A stretch of 63,459 nt of DNA from Octopus bimaculoides (lineage: Eukaryota), in assembly GCF_001194135.2 (NCBI RefSeq), contig NC_068988.1, positions 81,080,219-81,143,677 of the forward strand, given 5' to 3'. Position 1 is the first letter of the stretch, and every line of letters starts with the position of its first letter. This document shows positions 52,079-63,459 of this stretch, piece by piece. The translations under genes and the position numbers were made by a program. The notes below the pieces were generated by a model. It worked only from the letters and a program-made list of their open reading frames with translations, was not told the origin of the DNA and ran no database searches.

Positions 52079-52148
52079 GCCATGATAAAACTCTGAGTTT
52101 CAGATGCCGGGGCGGAAACCTATGCTGCCATCTCTTCAGTTATCTGGC
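52079..52148 (-). ncRNA. Type I hammerhead ribozyme motif within a repeat (~51985-52300)
   Basis: Minus strand: GCCA-GATAA-CTGAAGA-GATG...CATC-T-GAAA-CTC-a-GAG-TT-TTATC-a-TGGC. All three stems pair; conserved core CUGAAGA/GAAA; GUU cleavage triplet; one extra U before GAAA. Confidence 0.75.
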
Positions 52149-52419
52149 CATTGAAAATTCCCGTGAAAATGACCGTTAAACAAAGGGAAATTACTGTGTG
52201 GTTGACCGTTATTAAGACAAAAGAGCTATAGACTGCTAAGTAAGGGGAGGGAGTAAAGGTAAGGGAGTAATACTATGAACTTTTTTACTCCCTTTACCTA
52301 TTATCAATTGAGCTCTTAATTACTGCAAATTTATTCTTTTGATATTTATACATCGATTCTCTGTAAGGATGTATAGATGTGTATATTAATTACATTTTTC
52401 TTTTTTATCTTGTAGGAAA

Positions 52420-52680
52420 ATGCAGATTTTTATAATGACATGGGAAAGCAGGACTATTACTATAGAAGTTCATACTTCAGATACTATTGGAAATGTAAAA
52501 TCTAAAATTCAGAATCACCAAGGTATTCCAACAGATCACCAACATTTGCTCTATAATGGAAAAGAATTAGAAGATGACAAAACACTTTTTGCCTATGAAA
52601 TTGAAAACAAGACAACACTTTTCTTAGTTTATCGACTGCCAGGTGGTATGAAGATTTCTCAGAAAACTCTAATGAGTTAA
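52420..52680 (+). CDS. Divergent ubiquitin-like protein (76-aa Ub fold ending RLPGG plus a 10-aa tail)
   Basis: Ungapped hand alignment to ubiquitin gives 43/76 identities. A strong splice acceptor (TTTTTCTTTTTTATCTTGTAG) lies 4 nt before the ATG, and AATAAA is at 52862-52867. Confidence 0.85.
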   Translation: MQIFIMTWESRTITIEVHTSDTIGNVKSKIQNHQGIPTDHQHLLYNGKELEDDKTLFAYEIENKTTLFLVYRLPGGMKISQKTLMS

Positions 52681-52800
52681 ATGTTGAAATATCAAACAAT
52701 CTAAAAGTAAACATTAAATACAAAGAATACATTCTATTATATGAACAGCATTTGATCAATTAAACAATCAAATGAAGAAGTTAGTACTTCTCTGATGTCA
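52648..52800 (+). pseudogene. Decayed second ubiquitin-like unit directly after GG
   Basis: MKISQKTL resembles MQIFVKTL. After a frameshift, NVEISNNLKVNIKYKEYILLYEQHLI resembles [29 protein letters not shown], followed by stops. Confidence 0.7.
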
Positions 52801-53854
52801 TATCAATACATTGTTAATCATATAAATTCGATGTGTATAATTAACTGTAGTAAATTAACCAAAATAAACATGTTTATAATTAAGTACATAAATCACAATT
52901 TGCGTTTCATTCTGGGCACAAATTTTACCTCCTGAATTTCTTGTGATAATCTTTTTGAATCTGTACTTTGTAGTTTGTCAATCTCAAGTAGTTTTTTGTC
53001 AAGAAGCCCTTTCCTCAACAGTCTGCTCCTAATTGACTTACACTAAATATTTCATGTAGTGCATCATGTTGGATTCAAAAAAGTTAACTTGTTAGTAGTG
53101 TATCAGCTTGACTATAAAATAGCAGTTGTTAATGATATATTTCTCCAACATGTTCCACTATAAGGCCTTGTCTTTGTATATACCAGATGCTATGTAATTT
53201 ATTGGCTGTCTATAGTTAATATGGAAAATACCTATATGCTAGCTTGTACACTGAGGTAGTTTGACAATAATATTACAGTAGATCCAAGAAGCTAATTGGT
53301 TAGCTTTTTGAATAATTTCACCAGAAATTTCAAACAACATAAGTGATTTGAAAAGTATTTTCTATGTTAGATTTCTGAAAAATTTTCAGATGCAAACAGT
53401 TAAAATTCAATTTAAAATGAAAAATAGTAATAAATTAAAGGCTTCTGTGCAAGGATTTATAGAAATTTTCTTCAAACCATAGTGAAGTGTCCTATTATTT
53501 AGAAAATGAATGGCTAATTTGGTTGAAGCGTCTTATATTTACTTAATGTCCAAGAGGACACTCAACACCATATTAGTTCTATGCTACATAAATGATGGCA
53601 GGCAGATTTTACTGCATTATGAATTCTATATTTCCAATAAGTTTATTTTCAACATATTTTCGATAAGTTATTACTTTATTGAGAGGTGTTAAAAGTTGAT
53701 CCAGTTTAGCAAATTGTGCGTTTATTTGACCTCCTTAGGAGAATGGTATTTATTGGGGAATTTTCCGTAACATTTTCTGAAGTTTAACAACCATTTATAC
53801 CCCCTGACTTGTTTGTTGAGTTACACTTTGCAACCATTGTGGAAAGGTTTAGAC

Positions 53855-55790
53855 CAGTATTTCCCAACCTATTTTTCCCCAGGCTCCACTACAACTTTCC
53901 AGAAAAATGTATGCCCCACTGGTGGTTGGAAAAAAATATTTGTATTTTAAATATTTTATCACAATTATTTAATACAAAAGAATCAACTGTAACTCTTTTA
54001 TTAAGTACTGAGTACAAAAGTACATTATTGACTAAGAAAAAAAAAAATAAGTGAATGACTTTAATGAGAATCTTGTGCCTGGTGACTACAACAGATTTCC
54101 TTGATTCAAGGAGACAATTTTGTAATTTTAAACCTACTTCTCTTGGTTCAAAGCAAATCATCCACAGCACTAAAGCCACACTCGACCAAATAAGACATGG
54201 GGAACTGAATCAAAAGTCCTTTTGCTGAAATGGCAGTGTTAGGATATTTCCTTTCAACTCCATCACATTGCTACATCTTGGTGCCTTTCATTTTGAACAA
54301 AGTGTTCACTGACTCATCATGTTGCAATTCTGATAGCTCTTCTTGGAACTGCATTGGAATGTTGGAGATATCTACTAGCAATGAGTTAACCAAGAGGGGA
54401 AACTCATTTTCTTAAAATCATCAAATGTGTCATTGAACTCTTTTATCAACATTTTCAAATGTTCAACACTTACGTCTGTGGCAGTATTACTTATCTCACA
54501 CTGATTCAACCAGTGAAATTGACTGAAATTTCTTGTAGAAATATTCCTTAGGCATAATTGTAGTGAATCTGAAAATCTTTGTTTTTGCATCAACAAGAGT
54601 TATATTTGCTCCTTGAAGTTGTTTGTTCAAGTTGCTTATTTCTCCAAGATGTTTTTCAAATACCTGACATATGCCTTGCTATCTGTTGTTGACAGAAACT
54701 TCCTTTTAGGTTTGTGTTCAAAACCTTATTGAGCTCATTAAATAACTCCATGAATCTCTTCAAGCAATTTCCTTTTGACAATTTCCGTATGAAGTAATAA
54801 TCAAACATGTACTGCACTTTGATTCACACAGAACTGCTTAAAAAGACATTCAAATGTAGCACTTAATTTGATGGTGTTAACACACTTGATTACAGATTGC
54901 AGAATCTTGTTAAGAACAGGGGAAATTTTCTTGGCAATCAAATTTTTTCAGTGAATAACACAATGTACAATCAACATGTTTGGATATTCATCCTTCATCG
55001 ATTTTAAGCATCCTGTTTTTTTGCCCCATCTGCAGCATGTGATATAATGTTTCCTTTTGGCATTTTGTTTGAATCCAAATAGTTTCTTTAGTTTGCTGTA
55101 GATATCAGCTGCAGTAACAGTCATTTCTACTGATTCACAAAACAACATCTCTTCCTGAAACTCCTCTTGATCAATATACTTCACATATGCCAATTACAGA
55201 GCATTACTATTCTTAAAAGTAGCTTCTTCCATTTGTATTGAAAATTTCAATGATTTCAGTTTCTCAATTTGCTCTTCTTCAACATCTTTCCCCATATCAT
55301 CAATTCTTTTGCAGACAGTATTATTACTCAGCAGTATGGCCATGAGATCTTTATCATCCTTTTGTAGTAGTTTTTAAAAATACTGAGATATCTGGTTTAA
55401 TCAGTTCCTCTCCAATATGTGATTCTTTGCTGAGTAGAAGGATTCCATAGCTAGCTTCAAGAGTATGATTGTGGGTTGCATTTTGTACAGAGAATAATGT
55501 AGAGATTTTTTATCAATCTTCAAATTTTTCTTTTAGTGACTTAAAATATTCCGAATTTGAATTGGCATGATTGGGATGCTTTACTCTCAATCAGCCTCCT
55601 TTCATTGGCTCATTAGTCAATGTCTCATGACACAATAAGCAGAATGGTGTGTGTTCATCATGCACAGTGGGAATAAACCCAAACTTCAAAATTTCCACTG
55701 AATACTGATGAATCTTCACTTTACTTAATTTTCTCATTTTAAAAAGGGTGATAGAAATCTCTAAAAACGAAAAAATGCAATTATTTATGC
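53855..55790 (-). mobile_element. hAT Buster/Charlie transposase relic (ZBED5/ZBED8/SCAND3-like)
   Basis: QYSVEILKFGF....D...PFCLLC..L.NE.MK (BED-like), EELIKP, FSIQMEEAT, AYVKYIDQEEFQEEMLFC, VHCVIH. TIR CAGTATTTCCCAACC is preceded by the GTTTAGAC target-like 8-mer. The other end was not found. Confidence 0.9.
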
Positions 55791-56729
55791 AAGTAAAGAA
55801 TGTAAAAGACCCTGGAGTGACAGAAGTGTATGTGGCCTCTAATTTAGGCTACAACAGCATGGCTAATCATAAATGTTTCTTATAAGAAAATTATAATGAA
55901 GCAAGAGAGCAGGGCCTAGATTAGGCACAAGGTCAATGCTTATGACCACTCTGTGGTTAGGTTTCTTTAAATTCTACTTTAAGTTCACTTCTAGGTCAAT
56001 CTATGCTTAATAAATTTCCTTTTTTCATTACATTTCACACCTTTTTTGACTGTTAAGGAAAAGTATCCAGCATATGAAAACTTATCAATGCTAAATAGAT
56101 GCTCATCATAGTTTTTACATTAGGTACACACAGAGTAGAATTCCAACCTATTCCTTTTCTGAATATTGAATGTGGCAACTTTCTAGAAGGTGTTTACTTT
56201 TCTCACCTCTTAAAACTTTAGACTTTGCTAGATTTACTAGACCTCTTGATTCTATGATTAAAAATTCTTCTCTAAATATCTGACAGATTCAGCTATGAAA
56301 ACTAGATTGCCAACATAAAGGCATTCAGCCAGACTCGAACTTCTCTTGGGATAGCTTGGAGAACCATAATATCTATGAGGGGCAGAAACCCAAGCAGTAA
56401 TGGATATCTCTCTACATGCTAAATTTCTCACTGAACTTGTAACCAACTCTCACTTCGTTTGCTTAGCCCCCATCTATTTTTATTAACAGCTATTTATTAT
56501 AGAGTGTGGTATCCTGTCAAAGACTGCTAGATATAGTAGTCAGCCCTCAGCAAAGAACTTCTGTAGCTGTACTGTTAAAAAGAAGGCATCAGTTGTACAT
56601 TCTCTTGGCACAATTCAGCCTATATTTCATCTAAACATTCATGATATGGTCCAGCAATTTGATGTCCATTATTACTTCTTTTTTAAAGCAATTTCTTTGT
56701 CCTTGTACCAGTTGATGATAATACTGTTA

Positions 56730-57790
56730 CATCATCATCATCATAGTTTAACATCTGCTTTCCATGCTGGCATAGGTTGGACAGTTTGACCGAGGACTGG
56801 CAAGCCAGGAGGCTGCACCAGGCTCCAATCTGATCTGGCAAGGTTTCTGCAGCTGGATGTCCTTNNNNNNNNNNTGATCTGGCAAGGTTTCTGCAGCTGG
56901 ATGTCCTTCCTAATGCCAACCACTCTGAAAGTGTAGTGGGTGCTTTTTACATGCCTCTGACACAGGGGCCAGTCAGGCGGTACTGGCATTGACCATGCTC
57001 GAATGGTGCTTTTTACATACTATTAGCACGGGTGCCAGTCAGGCATCAGCCATGTCAATGATTTCACTTGACTCACAAGTCTTCTCAAGCACAGTATATT
57101 GCCCAATGATTGAAGAGTACTCTTAAATGAGCCAGTTATGTAACACTGGCATAGGCCACAGTTATGGTTCACTTGGCTTGCTGGGTCTTCTCAAGCACAG
57201 CATATTTCCAAAAGTGTTGGTCATTTGTCATTGCCACCGTGAGGCCCAATGTTCAAAGGTCGTGCTTCACCACCTCATCCCAAGTCTTCATGGGTCTACC
57301 TCTTCCATAGGTTTCCTCCACTGTTAGGGTGTGACACTTTTTGAGACAGCTGTCCTCATCCATACGCAACAAATGACCATAGCAGCACAGTTGTCTCTGT
57401 TGCACATCATACCTGATGCTTCTTATGTCCAACTTTTCTCTCAGAGTGCTTACACTCTGTCATGTACGCACACTGACATTACACATCCAGCAGAGCATAC
57501 CAGCTTCATTTCTTGCAAGCTTACACATGTCCTCAGCAGTTACAGCCTATGTTATACTGCAGTGTAGCATGGCAGTTCGCACACATGCCTCATACAGTCT
57601 ACCTTTGACTCCCTACTTTATCTGCTTGATCATACAAGTGACTGGTACATATCCTACTTTGCCACAGATTTTCAGTATCTTGACAACTAATGTTGATGGT
57701 CCTGCTGCTTTCCTTGACTTCATCTCCTTCATAACCACTTTCAACCATCTGTCAGCCTTTATAGCAGGTTTCACAGGTGGGTTTACTAAG
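56730..57790 (-). mobile_element. RTE LINE C-terminus and 3' UTR
   Basis: LYEACVRTAMLHCS..AVTAEDMCKLARNEAGMLCWM (antisense of ORF 57416..57817), and the same 3' tail as 16075-16205. Confidence 0.9.
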
Positions 57791-58299
57791 TTGGGTTTAC
57801 CCCTCTCTCACCCATGACACAGAGTGACATTTTCATGTCAGTCTTCTTGGCTCAGTGAAGCTGAGCATTCTGCAATCATTCTGTATACATTGTTCACTAT
57901 TTTCTGATCCACACTGATTTTGCCATGTGGCATGTTTCTGATCCTCACAGCATAGAACATGGGTAAATCTCTTACATTCAGGTTATCTCCTTGCTAGACA
58001 CATTTCTACCATATGATTTCACTGTCATCTCACTTTCTGCATTGTTGAAAACACGGTCCATCCACAGATCTGATTCATGACTCCTGCAGAAATTTCCAGT
58101 TGTTTTCCATGTCATGAGGCTGCCCCCCACTCAATAGAGGTGTATGTGTATGCACATGTGTGTGGTGGTGGTGGGTGTGTGTGTGTGTGTGGGGGGGGGG
58201 CTCACCTGGTACTGCTTTAAACCAACATATTACTGAGAGACCTAGCAGCCTCCTAATCTTTCTTTTCCAACCAGTCACAAAACATATACCACCATTTTA

Positions 58300-61200
58300 C
58301 AAAACACAATATATATAAAATTTACATTTATTATATAAGAATATATATTTATATATTAATATATTAATAATACAACATGAATATACACTTACACAATGTG
58401 AAGAATTTGCGCTATCGATCAATTCAGTGTATTTCTAATATAGAGAATAACTAGATGACAAATATTATTCATTATGAACCAGAAGAACAAATATAAATGG
58501 AAGAAAACAAAGTGGATTGAAGAATTTGTTTTATTAAGAAAAGTAAAGAAGACAAACAGACTAAAAGTCAGATATAAGTTAAATTAAAAAAAAAAAAGTC
58601 CGATACAGCAATAGTGAACAATAATTGTGACAGCCCTCTCATGCATTGCACCACAGTGAAGACTCTGTCCTCATGTAATTGATAAAGGACAACACAATTT
58701 GATGGAGCCAATTCCAATCTAGATAGAACTTATTGAGCAATATAAACACCTGTTAATTATAACAGTGCTCCTGCTGCTTACTGGTCCTCTTCACTGCCTA
58801 TGGTGCCTATTTACATAGCCATGTCACAGTGAAGTGGGTTACTTATGGATACAATTCAGTTGGTGATGAAGATGTATAAATTGTCAACTGCCCAGCTGTG
58901 ACTCATACACAACAAATACAAAAAAAAAATTAAACAAATAATTGAAGACAATTTGAAACACTTCAATTATACAAAAAGATTTAAAGTTTTTAAATCACAT
59001 TTTCTAAATTGTTTTTTTTTTTCAACATAATTTCGAAATTTATTTACAATCCATTGATACTACACTTTATGTCTTCAATAAAGTACAGTATTTACAATCC
59101 AGTTTCTTTTAATATTAAGATATACATCTATTTTTGTGTTTAATTTTTTTCAACTGGTTTCAACAATTATATATCTCTGGGGGTTTTCTTTTTACATTAA
59201 CCACTTAGAAGTATGACATAAAACAATTGTGGTTGGTTGTCTTGCAGCTAGCATATAACTATGCCAACACATTCTCTTATATATCACAGTGAGTACAAGA
59301 ACTTTTCAATATTGGCACATCATCAATACATCTGAGAAGCAAATTGCAAAATATAGCAAGTAAAATGTAGCAATTAATTAAGGAGTTTTAAAATGTAGCT
59401 CTATCATGAGGTATCACAGGACAATATCACAATCGGTTCTCAAATCTGTTTACTAGAGGCTTGTTTGTACCTCATACAATGAAAGAGTCCATGGATATGT
59501 GAAATTATGCTGACATTCAATGAAAGCAATTCAATTCAGTGACAAAATAAATGCATTTTTTTTTCATACAAACACTTTGGTCTACTGGAAACCAGTTCTG
59601 CATTTCAAAGGCTATACAAAAGCCTATGACAAAAACAAAAAATAAGCTCTACAAATGGTAGAACCATAATTGCATAAAAAGGAAAGACTTATCAGCTTTA
59701 ATAAAACACATTGAGGCAATAAAAGATGTTAATCTGTTGAGAGAAATGAAATAACTTTTTGCTGAAATTATGATTTTACTAAAGTACCAAATTCAGTAAC
59801 AACATTATGAATGAACAGTTTAACAAAATTAAAAAAAACAAAACAAAAAAAACCCAGTTTATTTTAGATAAGAGATTAAAATATGAATCCCATCCACTTC
59901 GACAATTTCAAACCAATAATAATAATACTGTAAGCTGGTAAACATGAGTTGCCTAGATAGAAAATATTACTGAAGCTGACACTATCATTACTAATATCAT
60001 GATGTTTTTACCAATCAACTTAGCTAACTAATTATTGATCAGTCCGTACAAGAAGTTACAGATTGTTTTGTCACTACACTCACAACCATTGTACTCTTTG
60101 TAACTCAAGTAAATTTTGTTAATGTTTCTTTTTATCAATTTGAGTATACCAAGAGTACTCTCTGATGCAGAGTAAACTCAAATGGATTGGCCATCCCTTT
60201 AGGGAAAGTCATCAAGAGTATCTATTGACCCACAATCTCACTGGGTCTGCCAAACAACAGATCACCTAACTCTGAAAGTCAGGCATATTCTAACAGGAAG
60301 ATTCTTTAAGGTGAAATTCTACATTGTTACCCTTGGAATTAAAAGGAATGAAGTTCATGTAGACAAAGATCGGTTTCACTAACACACCTACTCTTCATAA
60401 AACAAGACAGAAGAATAACACTGGATTATTAAACAGCTGATAGTAAAAATGTGTGTGTGTGTGAAATTATTGAGGATGTTTTTAGTGATCTATGTGCTCA
60501 TCAGTTTGTGCATCGATAGTGTGTTTTCTCAGAACAATATTAGAAACAGACAACAGCATCCAAACTATTTGGTGTCAATAAATTTGCTTTTATTATCTTA
60601 AAAAAAAGATTAATGAATCACATGATCATTCCACAAATATCTTATGTTACTGAAGTGAACAATCTATAATAGTTCTTTTTGATCAAACCAAATTTGAAGA
60701 TGTCAATCAAACAGGTTTTGTTCTACAGGTATTACTGATGCTTCAAAAATACTGAGCTAAACATAGCTTATTTAAGAAAATTCACAGTTACACTTCACAC
60801 TGTTAAGAAATTTTACCTAGTATTCAAAGTAAAACATATTGACCTAGAGAAAAGTTAAGTCCTTAAAACACTTCAAGAAAGTATGTTGTTCCCCTCAACA
60901 ATGAAATGGAAAATAATAGACCATTACTCACTTGTGTTCAAAAAATAATTGACTTATGTAGTGAAGGGGTTGGATGACTGATCTTGGCACTTTTGTAGAG
61001 AATATTTAGTCTCTACTTAAATGGAATTAGTGAGTCACACAGAAGTTTGTTTAACTTTTGTTCCCTCTGTATTGGAAGATGTCTGCTCAATACTAGCTGG
61101 AATAGAGACAAGTATCTTCTCACTTATTTGGTGGAACATAAATGTTCACAGGCAAATGCAGTGTGAAAGTTTAATTTATTCAAATAACTTATCTCACTAG

Positions 61201-61951
61201 AAACATAAGGAGATGTCCAATGTCTGTGGAATAGTGTGGCCAAGATGCATTCAGATCATAATTATTCAGCTAGTAAATGTCCCTCCATTTATCTTACAAT
61301 CAGTGAATACTTGTGAAACACTATGCACAAGATTGGCAAACTGATGTAGAGCTTGCTTATTGGTTAACTAGAGCAACCCCTGACTATAAATGATTTTTAT
61401 TGTAGGTTGTAATTATCTTGATAGTTATTAGCATTGCTATCCATAGTGTTTGATCTCATCAATCACATTAAGACTGAACATTATTGGAAATATAATCCCA
61501 GATACTTGTGGATATGGAATTACCAATTCCAAGGTTTTGAGTAGATCTACTTTCACAATTTATTTTATATAAGGGAAACAAACAAACAGGTAAGGCTACC
61601 ATTAATATAAGGCAAATAGTAATGACCCTTTGTAACACGAAATCACTGCTGGGTTGTGTTATTGTATCCTTTGACTAATAATACATCCAGCATAACACCA
61701 TGATGATTGTCTACAACAATTTAAGGTTAAAACAAAAAACAAACCAAGAGTTAGTTAATTCTGGATTAATTGTTAATATGAGACAGTGGACAAATGTTAT
61801 TAAAATTGCATCTTGCAATTTCAAACATCTGCATATAATAAAGATTGTGGCTGGATCTAATTAGACAAGAAGCAGGTGTTGATGGGAAAATGAAACTTGA
61901 CTAAATTAAGAACAAGGAAAAGGCTTGGCTTTGATCAACAAGGTGAGCTGG
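58300..61951 (-). other. Putative long 3' UTR of the minus-strand gene
   Basis: ~3.6 kb free of recognisable SINE/LINE/transposon in an otherwise repeat-dense window; U-rich on the minus strand; follows the stop at 61952. Confidence 0.5.
58327..58332 (-). terminator. Candidate polyadenylation signal AATAAA
   Basis: AATAAA on the minus strand, with a U/GU-rich stretch (TTTTATATATATTGTGTTTTGT) downstream, at the edge of the repeat-free block. Confidence 0.45.
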
Positions 61952-62010
61952 CTAGATGTATGTGACTGCACAAGACAGCCATATAAGGAATGAAAAACTG
62001 AAGTTTACAC
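61952..62010 (-). CDS. Candidate terminal coding exon (GVNFSFSFLIWLSCAVTYI*), hydrophobic C-terminal tail
   Basis: Strong acceptor TTTCACACTTTCCTCAG; phase 1 matches the upstream candidate exon; 18 mostly hydrophobic codons then TAG. Confidence 0.5.
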
Positions 62011-62504
62011 CTGAGGAAAGTGTGAAACTGTCACTTAATAAAATGTAATTGAAAACTGTGTTATTTGTTTGTGTACAGGAAAACAAATTCAATAGATTAT
62101 TCTTGAAAATTAAAATAAAATAGTAAATTAAAAATTTATCTAGAAAAATTACATTATTTTTAAGAAATATAATTTATATTCATTTAAAATATTCAGCAAA
62201 CAATTATTTTTACCTGAATGGTTTTAGGAGTTAAATCCTAGTTAGTGATCCTTTAATTATAACAGTTTGGTGTCACTACATTTACAGTAGTATGAACACA
62301 AAACATCTTTGTTTCTATGGCAAGCAACTGGACTGATCAAATACTAGGTTTTTTTATAATTCTTCAAACAACATAGGGGCATTAAATCTTGGAAATCTGG
62401 TTTTTTTTAAAACATATAAGACATCAGTAAGTGGAAAGACATGAAACATGTGACAACATATTTAGTTAAATGTCATAATATGCTCAACTTTGCATACAAT
62501 AAAA

Positions 62505-62555
<51 letters not shown>

Positions 62556-63114
62556 AACATATATGGTAAGTAAACAATACCTCTTAACTTTAATCCCATT
62601 TTATTTTTCTTTGATTTAAGGAACACCAGATAAGACTACCAATGTTTCTCTTTTTATCAAAATAGAAAAGTTCTAGATATAATTTATTTTTCATTTCATA
62701 ATTGAAATTATTACAGTTGTTAGTAAAGCATTGGTTAATGATTCTTTACTTAAATGTTTGATAAGGTAACATAGTTTATAGGAGTTCATCTAGGAACTAA
62801 TGTAAAACTGATTTTAAAATAAAAATATTTCTCTATTTATTGTCCTTCCCAACTTTAATAGGAAGGCTCAAAATACTTGAAACAATTAAAGCTGCTTTTT
62901 TTTTCTATTTTTTAAATGTAAAATGATTTTGCATTATAATGATAGTAAATGAGTATTTTATTATGAAGCAGAATAAGAATAATTTGGCAGTTGAAAATGT
63001 AAAATTTGCTGTTAATTGAAAACTGAGTGATATTTCACTTTGTTGAGTTCAGAAGGAGAGAAAGAGAGAGAAACGGGGTAGGTTATTAAAGGGAGATAAA
63101 GATCTGTGACTTAC

Positions 63115-63173
63115 CTCCCTTCAAATTGCATACCCTAACAGATTTTATTGGTAGGTAATCTTCATCTAGAGTA
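63115..63173 (-). CDS. Candidate penultimate exon (TLDEDYLPIKSVRVCNLKG)
   Basis: Consensus donor GAG/GTAAGT and one open frame. The acceptor is weak and its position uncertain (63165, 63173 or inside the adjacent MITE). Confidence 0.45.
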
Positions 63174-63459
63174 CTGTATATGTGTGTACATATGTATGTT
63201 AACCTGTATGTGAAAATTTGGCCAAATGTGTTTTTTTCAACATTTATTTATGCTTGCAGTACCTGGTTCTTTTGCTCAAACTATCATATCTCCAGCTGCT
63301 TCAAATGCCAAGATATCAAAAATTGCCAAAGAGTAGTATAATGGTTTTGCTATGGAAAGGTGAAACTATTTTTTCGTTTTCTGAAAAAGCAGCATTTTGG
63401 ACTTGCAGCACTTCTGCATAATAGTAACGATATATATATATTTATATACATATATATAT

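Noticed and set aside
56831-56900. Direct repeat TGATCTGGCAAGGTTTCTGCAGCTGGATGTCCTT either side of a 10-N gap
   Set aside because: Scaffolding overlap artefact, not a real duplication.
1-63459. CRISPR arrays, rRNA, true tRNA genes, prophage or horizontally acquired bacterial genes
   Set aside because: No regularly spaced repeat-spacer pattern and no dense coding block. The tRNA-like A/B boxes all belong to SINE heads.

Overview
AT-rich, repeat-saturated metazoan genomic DNA from a gapped draft assembly (nine N-gaps, many (TA)n/(CA)n/(TATG)n tracts). The SINE and RTE-LINE families look like those of Octopus; this is recognition from memory, not a database result. Most of the window is decayed mobile DNA: at least three tRNA-type SINE families, many RTE LINE fragments, a mariner, two maT-type Tc1/mariner elements, a piggyBac transposase relic, two hAT transposase relics (one split by a probable solo LTR), hAT and other MITEs, a non-autonomous Helitron, and a nearly intact Penelope-like retroelement (RT plus GIY-YIG). 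Host-gene content is small. It includes a divergent ubiquitin-like ORF (52420-52680, 43/76 identical to ubiquitin, ending RLPGG) followed by a decayed second ubiquitin unit, and the probable last two exons plus a ~3.6 kb 3' UTR of a minus-strand gene with a GPI-signal-like C-terminus (58300-63173). The features not shown by the ORF track are type I hammerhead-ribozyme folds (52079-52148 and a head-to-head pair at 29647-29822), a recent 268-bp inverted duplication with a 10-bp flanking direct repeat inside an old LINE, and many long fold-back repeats. I cannot support a new multi-gene system; the best candidates for novelty are the divergent ubiquitin-like locus next to a ribozyme-bearing repeat, and the ribozyme variants. 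There are no rRNA, CRISPR or prokaryotic features. Most ORFs in the supplied track are microsatellite, gap or antisense-TE artefacts.
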